A stretch of 64,000 bases of DNA from Vicinamibacterales bacterium (lineage in GTDB: Bacteria > Acidobacteriota > Vicinamibacteria > Vicinamibacterales > UBA2999): assembly GCA_035575715.1 (NCBI GenBank), contig DATLXN010000045.1, forward strand, positions 74,523-138,522. The letters are read 5' to 3'. Below are positions 1 through 11,300 of the stretch, in pieces. The translations under genes were made by a program, and so were the position numbers. The notes below the pieces were generated by a model. The model did no database searches. It worked only from the letters and a program-made list of their open reading frames with translations, and had not been told where the DNA came from. How positions within the stretch are numbered: the stretch's first letter is position 1; each line of letters opens with the position of its first letter.

Positions 1-1
1 C

Positions 2-1114
2 AAGCTCCGCGCCTTTATCGTCGACGACGAGCCGCCCGCGCGGGTGCGGCTGCGCCAGTTGCTGGCAGAGGCTGATGTGACTGTCGTTGGAGACGCCGGC
101 GATGCCGTCGAGGCGCGAGCCGCAATCCGCGACACCTCTCCGGATGTGGTCTTTCTCGACATCGAGATGCCAGAGACGTCGGGCACCGAACTCGCCGCCT
201 CGCTCACCGAGCCACGGCCATACATTGTCTTTGCCACCGCCTACGACCATTACGCGCTCGCCGCTTTCGCCCTCGACGCCACCGATTACCTGGTCAAGCC
301 GATCACGCGGGCCCGACTCGCGGGCACCTTGGCGCGGGTCCGCGAGCGCCTGTCGCGCCACTCGGATCTCGAACGGGACCTTGTCGCGGCGTCGGCCGTG
401 CAGGCGCTGCTGCTGCCGCAATCGCTGCCACTGATGCGCGGCTACGATTCGGCGGCATTGACCGTCGCCGCCCGCGGCGTGGGTGGCGACTTCTTCGTCG
501 GCCAGCAGATTGGTCCCCAGCGCGTCGTCCTCGCGCTCGGCGATGTCTCGGGCAAGGGCATGCCTGCCGGCCTCGTCGCCTCCAGCCTCCAAGCGCGGAT
601 CGAGACGGTGGCCCGCCATGTCACCGGCACCGCAATTGACGTGGTCAGCGATGTCAACCGGACGCTGGTAGCGACATCCGACACGGCGCGCTACGCGACG
701 CTGGTCTACGGCGACATTGATCTCGCGTCGAATCTCCTGACCGTCGTCAACGCCGGACACCTCCCCGTCATCGTCGCGGTGCCGGATGCCCCGACCCAGC
801 TCCTCGCGTCGACAGGCCCGGCGCTTGGCATCCTTGCCGACGCGCAGTTCTCATCCACGCGCGTGCCGATTGCGCCAGGCGCCACGATAGTGATTTACAG
901 TGACGGCGTCACCGAGGCGACAAACACCGCGGGCGAAGAATTTGGCGAGGACCGATTAATGGCACTGATTGCCGCCCACCGTGACAGCGGCGCCGAAGCG
1001 CTATGCCGCCGGATTATCGATGCGGTCCGCGGCCATGCGCACGGTGCGGGGGCTGGTGACGACATCACCGTGCTGGCCCTGAAAAGGGCGCACCCCACTC
1101 ATCAGGATCAGTAG
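2..1114 (+). CDS. Response regulator: receiver domain fused to PP2C/SpoIIE-type phosphatase (5' end outside window)
   Basis: Frame is open from the window edge (KLRAFIVDDEPPAR). Receiver motifs DVVFLDIEMPETSG and DYLVKP. C-terminal GGDFF, GDVSGKG, DGVTE and DDITVL are typical of PP2C/SpoIIE. Confidence 0.85.
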   Translation, partial: KLRAFIVDDEPPARVRLRQLLAEADVTVVGDAGDAVEARAAIRDTSPDVVFLDIEMPETSGTELAASLTEPRPYIVFATAYDHYALAAFALDATDYLVKPITRARLAGTLARVRERLSRHSDLERDLVAASAVQALLLPQSLPLMRGYDSAALTVAARGVGGDFFVGQQIGPQRVVLALGDVSGKGMPAGLVASSLQARIETVARHVTGTAIDVVSDVNRTLVATSDTARYATLVYGDIDLASNLLTVVNAGHLPVIVAVPDAPTQLLASTGPALGILADAQFSSTRVPIAPGATIVIYSDGVTEATNTAGEEFGEDRLMALIAAHRDSGAEALCRRIIDAVRGHAHGAGAGDDITVLALKRAHPTHQDQ

Positions 1115-1126
1115 GATTACATTCCA

Positions 1127-1867
1127 GTGGGACTGCGGACGCTGATTGTCGACGATGAGCAGCCGGCGCGCGAGCGGTTGCGGCAGTTACTGGCCGAGTA
1201 CGCCGACGTCGAGATCGTCGGCGAAGCTGAGGATGGCATCCAGGCCATCGAACAGGTCGCGGCGCTTTCGCCCGACGTCGTAATCCTCGATATTCAGATG
1301 CCGGCATGCAGCGGGCTGGAAGTGGCGGCGTCACTGGGACGGCCGCGACCGGCGATCGTGTTTTGCACGGCCTACGATCAGTACGCAGTCGACGCGTTCG
1401 AATTACACGCCGTCGACTATCTGCTCAAGCCGGTCAACCGCGCGCGGTTGCACGCCGCATTGCAGCGGGTGCGCGAGTTGCGCGGTGGGTCGCAGCGCGA
1501 ACACGCGCTCGACCATGCAACGCGTAGCGCCCGGTTGTCGCCATCGCGATTCCTGGCGCGCAAGGCGACGCGCTTTCGCGTCGTGCCGCGGCGGGAGGTC
1601 ATCGCCTTTACATTTCAGGACGGCTTGACGCGCCTGCACACCGCCACCGAGCAGCTGTGGATGCAACCGACGCTGGTGGCGCTGGCGCGGCGTCTCGAAG
1701 GCGACACCTTCTTTCAGGTGTCGCGGACTGCTCTGGTCAGCCTTGATGCAGTGCGTGAAGCGAAACCGTTTGCGGACGGCACCGGAGAGATCACGCTGTC
1801 CAATGGCCTGACGTTTGTGGTGACACGTCGGCGCTGGCGTTTGCTGATGGAGCGGTTAGAGCAGTAG
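1127..1867 (+). CDS. LytR/AlgR-family response regulator (receiver + LytTR DNA-binding domain)
   Basis: LIVDDE, DVVILDIQMP and DYLLKP receiver motifs. C-terminal ~100 aa LytTR-like (FLARKATRFRVVPRREVIAF...). Confidence 0.9.
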   Translation: MGLRTLIVDDEQPARERLRQLLAEYADVEIVGEAEDGIQAIEQVAALSPDVVILDIQMPACSGLEVAASLGRPRPAIVFCTAYDQYAVDAFELHAVDYLLKPVNRARLHAALQRVRELRGGSQREHALDHATRSARLSPSRFLARKATRFRVVPRREVIAFTFQDGLTRLHTATEQLWMQPTLVALARRLEGDTFFQVSRTALVSLDAVREAKPFADGTGEITLSNGLTFVVTRRRWRLLMERLEQ

Positions 1868-1929
1868 TCAGTGGTCAGTCGTCAGTGGTCAGTGGTCAGT
1901 GGTCAGTAGTCAGGCGTCAGGCGTCGGGC
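1867..1929. repeat. Tandem heptamer array (GTCAGTG-like) x9
   Basis: Read directly: gtcagtg gtcagtc gtcagtg gtcagtg gtcagtg gtcagta gtcaggc gtcaggc gtcgggc. It starts on the last base of the TAG stop at 1865..1867. Confidence 0.9.
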
Positions 1930-1999
1930 TTTTTGACGTTCCACCGTTCCCCGTTCCGTTCTTCGTTCTTTGGTCTTCTTCGTTCTACAATTCCCCACC

Positions 2000-3175
2000 A
2001 TGGCGTTTTCTCGTCGCGATTGGTTGAGCCTGGCCGCACAGGCCAGCGCAGTGGGGTTGGTCGGGCATTACACGCCGTGGGCGTCGGTGCTCGCGCAGTC
2101 GTCTCGGGCGGTGGCTGCCGGCAAAGAAAAATTGTTAGTGAAATCGCTGCGTCCGCCGGATTACGAAGCACCGGTAGCGCTGCTCGATTCCTTTATCACG
2201 CCGGTCGAACATTTCTATGTTCGCTCGCATATGCCGGTGCCACCGGCGCTCGACGCGTCAACGTGGACCCTGCAGATCGAAGGCGAGATCACCGCCGCGA
2301 CGTCGCTGACGCTCGACGAGTTGCGCAAAATGCCGGCGGTCACCGTCACGGCGATCCTCGAATGCGCCGGCAATGGTCGCGCGTTTTATGATCCGCCGGT
2401 CGCCGGCATCCAGTGGGGTAAAGGTGCGGTCGGTAATGCGCGGTGGACTGGTGTCCGCCTCGCCGATGTGTTGAAGCGAGCGGGACTCAAAGCCACCGGT
2501 AAGTTCATTCACATGAACGGCGCCGACCGCCCGCTCGGCACGATGCCCGACTTTGTCCGCCAGCTGCCGATCGACAAGGCAAGGGACCCCGACACGGTGC
2601 TGGCCTATGACATGAACGGCCAGCCGCTACACCCGCAGCACGGCTTTCCGTTGCGGGCGATTGTGCCTGGGTGGGAAGGCGCCTATTCGGTGAAGTGGCT
2701 GAACCATCTGCGTGTCGCCGATCGCGAATCGGACAGCTTCTGGGTCGCCACCGGCTATCGGTATCCGACCAAGCGCGTCGCGCCGGGTGCTGCCGTTGAT
2801 GCCAAGGACATGGCGCCACTCACTGGCCTGGTGGTTAAGTCGCTGATCACGCGCCCGCTCGAAGGCGCGACGCTGCCTCCAGGCAGAGTCGAGGTCGCCG
2901 GGTTTGCGTGGGCCGGTGAAGACGACATCGCGCGCGTTGACGTATCGACCGATCAAGGTGCGACCTGGCAGCCCGCGCGGCTGGTTGGCGAGCGCGTCAA
3001 ATATTCGTGGCGGCGCTTCGAGTTTGCCTTTGACGCGAAGCGCCCCGAGTCCTATCTGATTCTCGCCCGCGCGACAGACAGCACTGGACGAACCCAACCG
3101 ATGACGCCGCCGTGGAATCCATCCGGCTATCTGTGGAACGCGCCGGATGCGGTGCGCGTGGAGATCAAGGCGTGA
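2000..3175 (+). CDS. Sulfite-oxidase-family molybdopterin oxidoreductase (SorA-like), Tat-exported
   Basis: Twin-arginine leader MAFSRRDWLSLAAQ. HFYVRSH and ECAGNGR (Mo-ligand Cys) motifs. C-terminal dimerisation-like domain. Start set at the internal ATG 2000 rather than ORF-track 1970. Confidence 0.85.
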   Translation: MAFSRRDWLSLAAQASAVGLVGHYTPWASVLAQSSRAVAAGKEKLLVKSLRPPDYEAPVALLDSFITPVEHFYVRSHMPVPPALDASTWTLQIEGEITAATSLTLDELRKMPAVTVTAILECAGNGRAFYDPPVAGIQWGKGAVGNARWTGVRLADVLKRAGLKATGKFIHMNGADRPLGTMPDFVRQLPIDKARDPDTVLAYDMNGQPLHPQHGFPLRAIVPGWEGAYSVKWLNHLRVADRESDSFWVATGYRYPTKRVAPGAAVDAKDMAPLTGLVVKSLITRPLEGATLPPGRVEVAGFAWAGEDDIARVDVSTDQGATWQPARLVGERVKYSWRRFEFAFDAKRPESYLILARATDSTGRTQPMTPPWNPSGYLWNAPDAVRVEIKA

Positions 3176-3687
3176 GCGGCGCCGGGGCGGCGGTGCCAGT
3201 GCGCCGAGCTGCGGGGGTGCTGGTGGTCGCGCTGATCAGCGCACTCGGACTCGTCGTCAGCGGCCAGGAATTACCCGCCGGGGCGGGACGCGACGACGTC
3301 ATCAAGCGGTGCGTCAGCTGTCACGAAACGGACTTGATGACGCAGCAGCGGCTGACCCGCGCCGGATGGGGACGCACCCTCGACAAGATGGTGCGCTGGG
3401 GCGCTGTGGTCGAACCGGCCGAACGCGACGCGATGCTCGATTACCTCGCCGCGCACTTCGCCCCAACGCCCGCGGCGTCGCACCTGGTCGCGACTGCGGC
3501 TAGCGAAGCGGTCTACAAACGCGCCTGCCTGATGTGCCACGAGGCCGACATGATCGAATCGCAGCGCCTGTCGCGGGTCGGCTGGGTGCGCTCGGTCGAC
3601 AAGATGATTCGCTGGGGCGCCGACGTCCCGGCTGCCGATAAAGAAGCGCTGATCGACTATCTCGCCGCGCGTTTCCGCCCGCGCTAA
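3172..3687 (+). CDS. Di-haem cytochrome c (internally duplicated), likely electron acceptor of the upstream Mo enzyme
   Basis: Two CxxCH sites (CVSCH, CLMCH), each followed by R.GW.R..DKM.RWGA....A..DYLAA.F. GTG 3172 overlaps the upstream TGA (GTGA). A hydrophobic leader follows. Confidence 0.75.
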   Translation: MSGAGAAVPVRRAAGVLVVALISALGLVVSGQELPAGAGRDDVIKRCVSCHETDLMTQQRLTRAGWGRTLDKMVRWGAVVEPAERDAMLDYLAAHFAPTPAASHLVATAASEAVYKRACLMCHEADMIESQRLSRVGWVRSVDKMIRWGADVPAADKEALIDYLAARFRPR

Positions 3688-3742
3688 CCAACCGCTAGCG
3701 GGTCGTGACAAAAGCAGAACCGAACAATTGTTCTCTGTGGCT

Positions 3743-3766
3743 CTGCGGCTCTGTGGCGTTTCTAGC
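3743..3766. repeat. Tandem octamer array CTCTGTGG/CTCTGCGG/CTCTGTGG
   Basis: Read directly. It is immediately preceded by the perfect 12-bp palindrome GAACAATTGTTC (3732..3743). Confidence 0.75.
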
Positions 3767-3796
3767 TCAGATTTGCCCCTGAATTAGAATGACCAG

Positions 3797-4881
<1,085 letters not shown>

Positions 4882-4882
<1 letters not shown>

Positions 4883-6315
4883 TGATCCACATTCCCATCC
4901 TCCGCTGGGGCGTCCTTTACCGCAGCGTCGACCGTTCGATCATTCCGCACTTCCGGACCCGCGAACCGTTTGTCGAGATGAGCCAGGCCAACGTCGGCAT
5001 CATCCGCCGCGACCTGCTGCGCCAGGGCGAGCAGCGTGACAAGCTCGCCAGAGTCCCGGTCGCCGATCTCGTCGCGATGTCCAAGCAAGCGGCCGAACAC
5101 TTTCTCAACGACACATTGCCGCTCGACCCGTCGGAGTCGACGACCCAGACGCCGCAGGATTACATCGAGCAGGTCTCGGCAACGACCGGCATGCCGTATG
5201 CCAGTGTCCGCCGCAACATGCTGAAGGTGCACGGCGTCCTCAGCCGCGTCGACGAAGTCCTCGACGGACTCACGCGCGGACTCGATTTGTCAGTGCTGGA
5301 CGATGGCTATGGCGAGGCCGGCGGACAGATGCTCAGTTTTTTCGCGCGCGGCGATTCGCTCGGCGTCGTCTTGCCCAGCAACTCGCCGGGCGTGCATTCG
5401 CTCTGGGCGCCGGCCACGGTGCTGAAGATGCCGCTGGTGCTGAAGCCTGGCAGCGCCGAGCCGTGGACGCCGCTGCGGATGATTCACGCGTGGAGCAAAG
5501 CCGGCGCGCCGTCGGAAGCGTTTGCCTACTATCCCGCCGATCATGCCGGCGGCCACGAGATCCTCCGCTCGTCCGGTCGTGGCATGGTCTTCGGTGATGT
5601 CGGTTCGACCAAGCGCTGGAAGGCGGATCCGCGCGTCGAAGTGCACGGGCCTGGTTTCAGTAAGGTGGTGATCGGCCCCGATGTCGCGGACGACTGGGAA
5701 CGGCATCTCGATGTGATCGTCGAGTCGATCTCTAACAACGGCGGCCGCTCGTGCGTCAACGCGTCGGGCGTGTGGGTGACCAGGCACGGCGATAAGATCG
5801 CCGCGGCGCTGGCCGAGCGGCTGGCGCAGATTACGCCGCGAGAGGCCGATGACCCCGACGCCGTGCTGGCACCATTTGCCGACCCGTCGACGGCGCAACG
5901 CATCTCCGCGACCATCGACCAGGACCTGCGCGGCGAAGCAGGCGCAGCGCGCGATGTGTCGGCCGAACAGCGCGGGCCGGATCGCGTCGTCACGGTCAAC
6001 GGCGGTAGCTACTTGCTGCCGACCGTGATCCGCTGCGACGCCTCGCACCCGCTGGCCAATCGCGAATATCTCTTCCCCTACGCGAGCGTCGTCGAGGTGG
6101 CAGCCGAGCAACTGCCCGCCGCACTCGGGCCATCGCTGGTGGTCACCGTCGTGTCGAACGACGAGCGCTTCCGTGAACGCTTCGTCGCGTCGCCCCACGT
6201 CGATCGCCTGAACCTCGGGCCGATCTCGACGACCCAGATCGGGTGGGACCAGCCGCATGAAGGCAATCTGTTCGAGCACCTCTATGCGCGGCGAGCGATT
6301 CAAAGGCTGGCCTGA
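4882..6315 (+). CDS. Aldehyde-dehydrogenase-superfamily protein (possibly LuxC-like acyl reductase)
   Basis: VVLPSNSPG...LKPGS (NAD(P) site region), GPGFSKVVI and NNGGRSCVNASGVWV (catalytic-Cys region). ATG 4882 overlaps the upstream TGA (TGATG). GAGGGAG lies 8 nt upstream. Confidence 0.75.
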
Positions 6316-6328
6316 GTTGCGGTACGGG

Positions 6329-6386
6329 CCGCAGAGACACCGGGACGCAGAGGATTATTTTTCTCTGTGCCTCTGTGACTCTGTGG
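6329..6386. repeat. Octamer family CTCTGTGN x3 (6363..6386) with two inverted copies (CCGCAGAG 6329, ACGCAGAG 6345) giving an imperfect long hairpin
   Basis: Read directly. The T-rich loop is gattattttt. It lies between the ALDH stop (6315) and the GT start. Confidence 0.65.
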
Positions 6387-6402
6387 CTTGTCCGTGGATG
6401 CG

Positions 6403-7704
6403 ATGAACATTCTCTCGATCACCGCCGGCGCCGCCGACATGTTCTGCGGCAGTTGCCTGCGCGATAACGCCCTGGCGGCCGAGCTGATCGCGCGCGGGCA
6501 CCAGGTGACGCTGCTGCCCGTCTACACGCCGACCGTGACCGACGAGCCGAACATGAGCAGCGGGCAGCCGGTGTTCTTTGGCGGCATCAGCGTCTATTTG
6601 CAGCAACATCTCGCGTTGTTCCGCCACACCCCGTGGCTGCTCGATCGGATCTGGGACGCGCCGTCGGTGATCAAGAGCTTTGCCACCGGCGCCATCAATG
6701 TTGACCCGCGCATGCTTGGCGCGCTGACCGTCTCGACGCTACGCGGCGAAGGTGGATATCAGCGCAAGGAAGTTGACAAGCTGATGCACTGGTTGGCGGG
6801 CGAGGCCGCACCAGACGTGGTCAATCTGCCGAACTCGCTGTTGATCGCGCTCGCCGCACCGATCCGGCGCGTACTGCAGCGCCCGATCGTAGTTACATTG
6901 CAGGGTGAGGACCTCTTTCTCGAGGGCCTGCCGGAACCGTACAAGGCCCAGGCGATCGCGTTGATTCGCGAACGGGTCCGCGACGTCGATCTCTTCGTGT
7001 CGATCAGCGACTACTACACGGGATACATGGCTGATTACCTGTCGATTCCGCTTCATAAGATCCGCACTGTCCCGCTCGGCATCAACATCAAGGACTTCGA
7101 GCGCCTCGCGCCGTTGGCCCGATCGCCGTTTACCATTGGCTACTTCGCGCGGATCGCACCAGAAAAGGGCCTGCACAACCTCGCCGAAGCCTACCGGGTG
7201 CTGCGGCAGGATCGCGGGCTGCCGCCGTCGCGCCTGGCTGCTGCCGGGTATCTCGGCGCGGGCCAGCAGTCCTATCTCGATGGCATCACCCGCCAGCTCC
7301 GGTCGTGGGGCCTGGCTGACGAGTTTGTGTTCTCGGGTACCGTGGACCGCTCCGACAAGAGCACATTCTTTCAATCGCTTGACGTGCTGTCGGTGCCGAG
7401 CGGCTATCACGAACCGAAAGGTCTTTATCTGCTCGAGGCGATGGCGTCGGGGGTCCCGGTCGTCGAGCCTAATCACGGGGCATTCCCCGAACTGCTCGAT
7501 CGGACCGGCGGTGGCCTTGTGGCAAAATCGGAACACCCCTCGGATATCGCCGACGCGCTGTTCGAGATCTATCGACAACCGGCGCGGGCAGCGGCCCTCG
7601 GTGCCGCGGGCGCGGCCGGTGTACGTCGCAGCTACACCATCAACCACATGACTGATCGCATGCTCGAGGTGTACGCCGATGCTGTCAGCGCAACAACTCA
7701 CTAA
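6403..7704 (+). CDS. GT-B fold glycosyltransferase, family 4-like
   Basis: C-terminal EPKGLYLLEAMASGVPVV motif of GT4/GT1-type enzymes. N-terminal MNILSITAG... The ORF-track TTG 6388 is also possible. Confidence 0.85.
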   Translation: MNILSITAGAADMFCGSCLRDNALAAELIARGHQVTLLPVYTPTVTDEPNMSSGQPVFFGGISVYLQQHLALFRHTPWLLDRIWDAPSVIKSFATGAINVDPRMLGALTVSTLRGEGGYQRKEVDKLMHWLAGEAAPDVVNLPNSLLIALAAPIRRVLQRPIVVTLQGEDLFLEGLPEPYKAQAIALIRERVRDVDLFVSISDYYTGYMADYLSIPLHKIRTVPLGINIKDFERLAPLARSPFTIGYFARIAPEKGLHNLAEAYRVLRQDRGLPPSRLAAAGYLGAGQQSYLDGITRQLRSWGLADEFVFSGTVDRSDKSTFFQSLDVLSVPSGYHEPKGLYLLEAMASGVPVVEPNHGAFPELLDRTGGGLVAKSEHPSDIADALFEIYRQPARAAALGAAGAAGVRRSYTINHMTDRMLEVYADAVSATTH

Positions 7705-8350
7705 GACCTACCCGTCGCCAGGGGGGCCGTTGACGGTCCTCGACAAGGTTGCTTTTGCTCTGCAGGCCGGGGAAGCGGCGGCGATCATGGGGCCCTCGGG
7801 ATCGGGTAAGAGCTCACTGCTCTATGTTGTCGGCGGCCTCGAACCGCCGACCAGTGGGGTGGTCACTCTCGCGGGCCAGGACCCCTATGCACTCGCCCCT
7901 GACGCGCTCGCCGCGTTCCGCAATCAGCAGGTCGGATTCGTCTTTCAGGACCACTGCCTGCTCCCGCAGTGCACGGTTCTCGAAAACGTGCTGGTCCCGA
8001 CCCTGGTCGGAACCGCGGATGCGTCGGCGCGCGATCGCGCGCGCCAGTTGCTGGATCATGTCGGGCTGTCGGCCCGACTCGACCACCGGCCGGCAGCTTT
8101 GTCAGGTGGCGAGAAACAACGCGTCGCGATCGCGCGTGCGCTGATTCGCCAGCCGCGACTACTGCTCTGCGACGAACCGACCGGCAACCTCGATGCGGAT
8201 TCCGCCGGCCGCGTCGCCGAACTTCTCCTGACGCTTCACGAGACGCAGCAGACCGTGCTGCTGGTGGTGACGCACAGCGAAGTATTGGCCGCGCGGTTTG
8301 CCAGACGCTGGACGATCACCCGCGGCGCATTGACCGACGTGACGACATGA
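7679..8350 (+). CDS. ABC transporter ATP-binding protein (MacB/LolD/FtsE-like)
   Basis: Walker A GPSGSGKS, signature LSGGEKQRVAIARAL, Walker B LLLCDEPTGNLD. It overlaps the GT 3' end by 26 nt. Confidence 0.9.
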   Translation: MLSAQQLTKTYPSPGGPLTVLDKVAFALQAGEAAAIMGPSGSGKSSLLYVVGGLEPPTSGVVTLAGQDPYALAPDALAAFRNQQVGFVFQDHCLLPQCTVLENVLVPTLVGTADASARDRARQLLDHVGLSARLDHRPAALSGGEKQRVAIARALIRQPRLLLCDEPTGNLDADSAGRVAELLLTLHETQQTVLLVVTHSEVLAARFARRWTITRGALTDVTT

Positions 8351-11300
8351 ATGGTCTGGTCGCGGCAAGCTTGCGGCATTTTCGCGCACTCCATGCGCTG
8401 GTCATCTGCGGGATCGCCATTGCCGTGGCCGTTCTGGCGGGCGCACTTCTGGTCGGCGCGTCGGTCCGTGGCAGCTTGCGGGATCTGGCACTGGCGCGTC
8501 TCGGCGCCACCGAACTGGTCGCGACATCGCCGACCTTTTTCCGCGACGCGCTCGCACAGGAGCTCACCGGCGGCGACATCCAGGCCGTCGCGCCGCTCGT
8601 CGCGATGACTGGCACGGTCACGCATGACGACTCCGGCCGCATCGCCAGCCACGTCCAGGTGTTCGGCATCGACGATCGTTTCCTTGCGTTTCACGGTCGC
8701 CCCGCCGGTGCACCAAGCAGTCGCGACTCGTGGATCAGTCCAGCCCTCGCCACCGAACTGGGGGCCGATGCCGATGACAACGTGATGCTGCGAATCGCCA
8801 AGCCGAGTGATGTGCCGCTCAGCACCTTGCAGGGCCGGCGGGAGGACGTCAGCGAGCGGGTGCGCTTGACCGTCGGCCGTGTCGTCGATCGCGCCGCACT
8901 TGGCGAGTTTTCACTGCTCCCGAGCCAGGGGCCGGCGCTGACGATGTTCGTGGCGCTGTCACGACTGCAGCAGGACCTGGATGCTGAGGGCCGCGTCAAC
9001 GTGCTGTTGCTGCGGATGGCGGCGCCGGCAGCGGATCCCCGGGACGACCTGCGGGCCGCACAAGAGGCGTTGAGCCGCCGCGCGACTCTGGATGATCTGG
9101 GACTCAAAGTGCGTCGCGATGGGCGCGGTGCCACGGTGATCCTCGAGAGTCGGAGCGGCCTGCTGCCGGATTCCGCTGTCGCCTCGGCCGTCCACGCCGC
9201 GACACAGATCGGCCGCCCGGCGACGGGTGTCCTGACCTACCTGGCGAATGCGATCCGCGCCAACGGTCGCGAGATCCCGTACTCGCTCATCGCCGCCATC
9301 GATTTGCCCGGCCCCCCTTTGGGGACGGAGGTCGGCGTCAGGGCTCCCTCGGGGACGGAGGTCGGCGAGGAATCGCCCGTTTCCCCCAGCAGGGGGACGG
9401 AGGTCGGGGTCAGGGTCCCGGTGGGGACGGAGGTCGGGGCCGGGGGGGGCGAACGACCTATTTTGCTCAACGCCTGGGCCGCCGAGGACCTCGGGGTCAC
9501 CGCCGGCGATCGCATCGACGTCGACTACTTTCTGTGGACCGACAGCGCCGGATTGCAGACGCGCAGCACGTCCTTCACTTACGCGGGGGTCGTGCCCATG
9601 ACGGGCCCGGGCGGCGACGCCACCCTGACCCCCGAGTACCCAGGAATCACCGACGCGGCTGACGTGACCAACTGGGACCCGCCGTTTCCTGTCGACATGC
9701 GCCGGGTGCGCAAGACCGACGAGGACTACTGGGATACCTGGCGCGCGGCACCGAAGGCGTTCATTCCGCTCGCCGTCGGACAGCAACTATGGGCCAGCCC
9801 GTTCGGCAAGCTGTCCTCGCTGCGCACCCACGCGACCGAGGCATGGCCCGCCGCCGGTGCGTTTGATATTGCCTCGCTGCTGCCGATCCGGCCGGTCCGC
9901 GCCGAAGCCATGGCCGCCGCTGCCGGCACCACCGACTTCGGCGAGTACTTCGTCTACTTCAGTTTCTTTCTGGTGGTGTCGGCATTGCTGCTGGCCGGCA
10001 TGTTCTTCGCGCTCACTGTCGAACAGCGGGCCAGGGAGCTCGGCCTGCTCATCGCGGTCGGCTTCACGCCGCGCGATGTCAGGCGTACGCTGCTGCGCGA
10101 AGCAGCGGTATTGATCACCATTGGCAGCACGCTCGGGGTCGCCGGCGCGATTGGTTACGCGGCGCTGATTGTTTACGGGCTGGGGACGTGGTGGGTCGGC
10201 GCGGTCGGCACCACGGCGCTGCGCGTCCACATCGATCCGATGCTCCTCGGTGCGGGTGTGCTCGGCGCCGCCCTTGCTGCCGCGATCGCCTTGACGCTCT
10301 CCATGCGGCGGCTCGCCAAGCGGACGACGCGCGCGCTGTTGACCGCCGGCTTCGAGTCGTCGCACGAGGCATCGCCCCGCGTCAGCCGTCGCATTGCCGC
10401 CGCTGCGCTCGCCTTGTCACTACTGTTGATGGCGCTGGCCGGCAGTGGCATGGCCAGCCAGGTCGCGGCATTTTTTGGCGCCGGGGCGTTGCTGCTGGTC
10501 GCAGGGTGCGCCGTCTTTGCAGCATGGCTACGCAGCCGGGCGGCACCAACAGAACAGCCGTCGATGATCCGCTTCGGCGCCGCATATGCGCGCTGGCGGC
10601 CGGCACGGAGCGTCTTGTCGACCGCGCTGATCGCGTTTGCCTGTTTCGTGATCGTGTCGGTCGGCGCGTTTCGTCGCGACCCCGCCGCCGAGCAGCTCAC
10701 GCGTGACGGCGGCACCGGCGGATTCCTGTTGATGGGCGAATCGGTTGCACCGCTCCTGCACAACCCGAACACGCCGGGTGGACGCGACGAACTCCTGCTC
10801 GGTGGCTACCCGCTGCTCGAACAGACATCGATTGCCCGATGGCGTCTGCGCCCCGGCGACGAGGCGAGTTGTTTGACCCTGTACCAGCCGGCCAATCCGC
10901 GTATCGTGGCGCCGGAGGACGCTTTCCTGCAGCAAGGCCGCTTCAGCTTCGCCGGTTCGGTGGCCGAGACACCCGAGGAACGCGCCAACCCATGGCTGCT
11001 CCTCAATCGGCAGTTTGCTGATGGTGCGGTCGCCGCGATTGCCGATCAAACCTCACTGACCTACGTCTTTCATCTCAAGGTCGGCGACGACCTGGTGTTG
11101 CCGGCCGACAACGGCCCGCCGATCCGGTTGCGCATCGTCGCAACGCTCGCCGACAGCGTGCTGCAATCCGAGTTGATTATTGGCGAAGGGCCGTTCATAC
11201 GGTTGTTTCCCCATCACGAAGGCTATCGCCTGTGGCTGATCGAAGGGCCGGAGGCGCAGGCACCGGCCTTGACCGCCTTGCTCGAGGACAGCCTCAGCGA

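Noticed and set aside
5290-6303. 337-aa ORF antisense to the ALDH-superfamily gene
   Set aside because: The translation is Arg/Gly/Ala/Pro-rich and low-complexity with no motifs. This is the usual stop-poor antisense frame of high-GC DNA, and the sense strand has clear family motifs.
7969-8346. ORF-track start that gives a 1257-aa permease
   Set aside because: The first 126 codons are an Arg/Pro/Ala-rich alternative-frame read-through of the ABC ATPase gene. A clean ATG with an ATGA stop/start overlap and a TM helix begins at 8347.
9321-9437. REP/MITE insertion inside the permease gene
   Set aside because: Not fully excluded, but the self-complementarity is weak (5-bp GGGAC/GTCCC in one copy only). 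All spacings are multiples of three, and I saw the 15-mer nowhere else in the window. It is kept only as a peptide-repeat observation.
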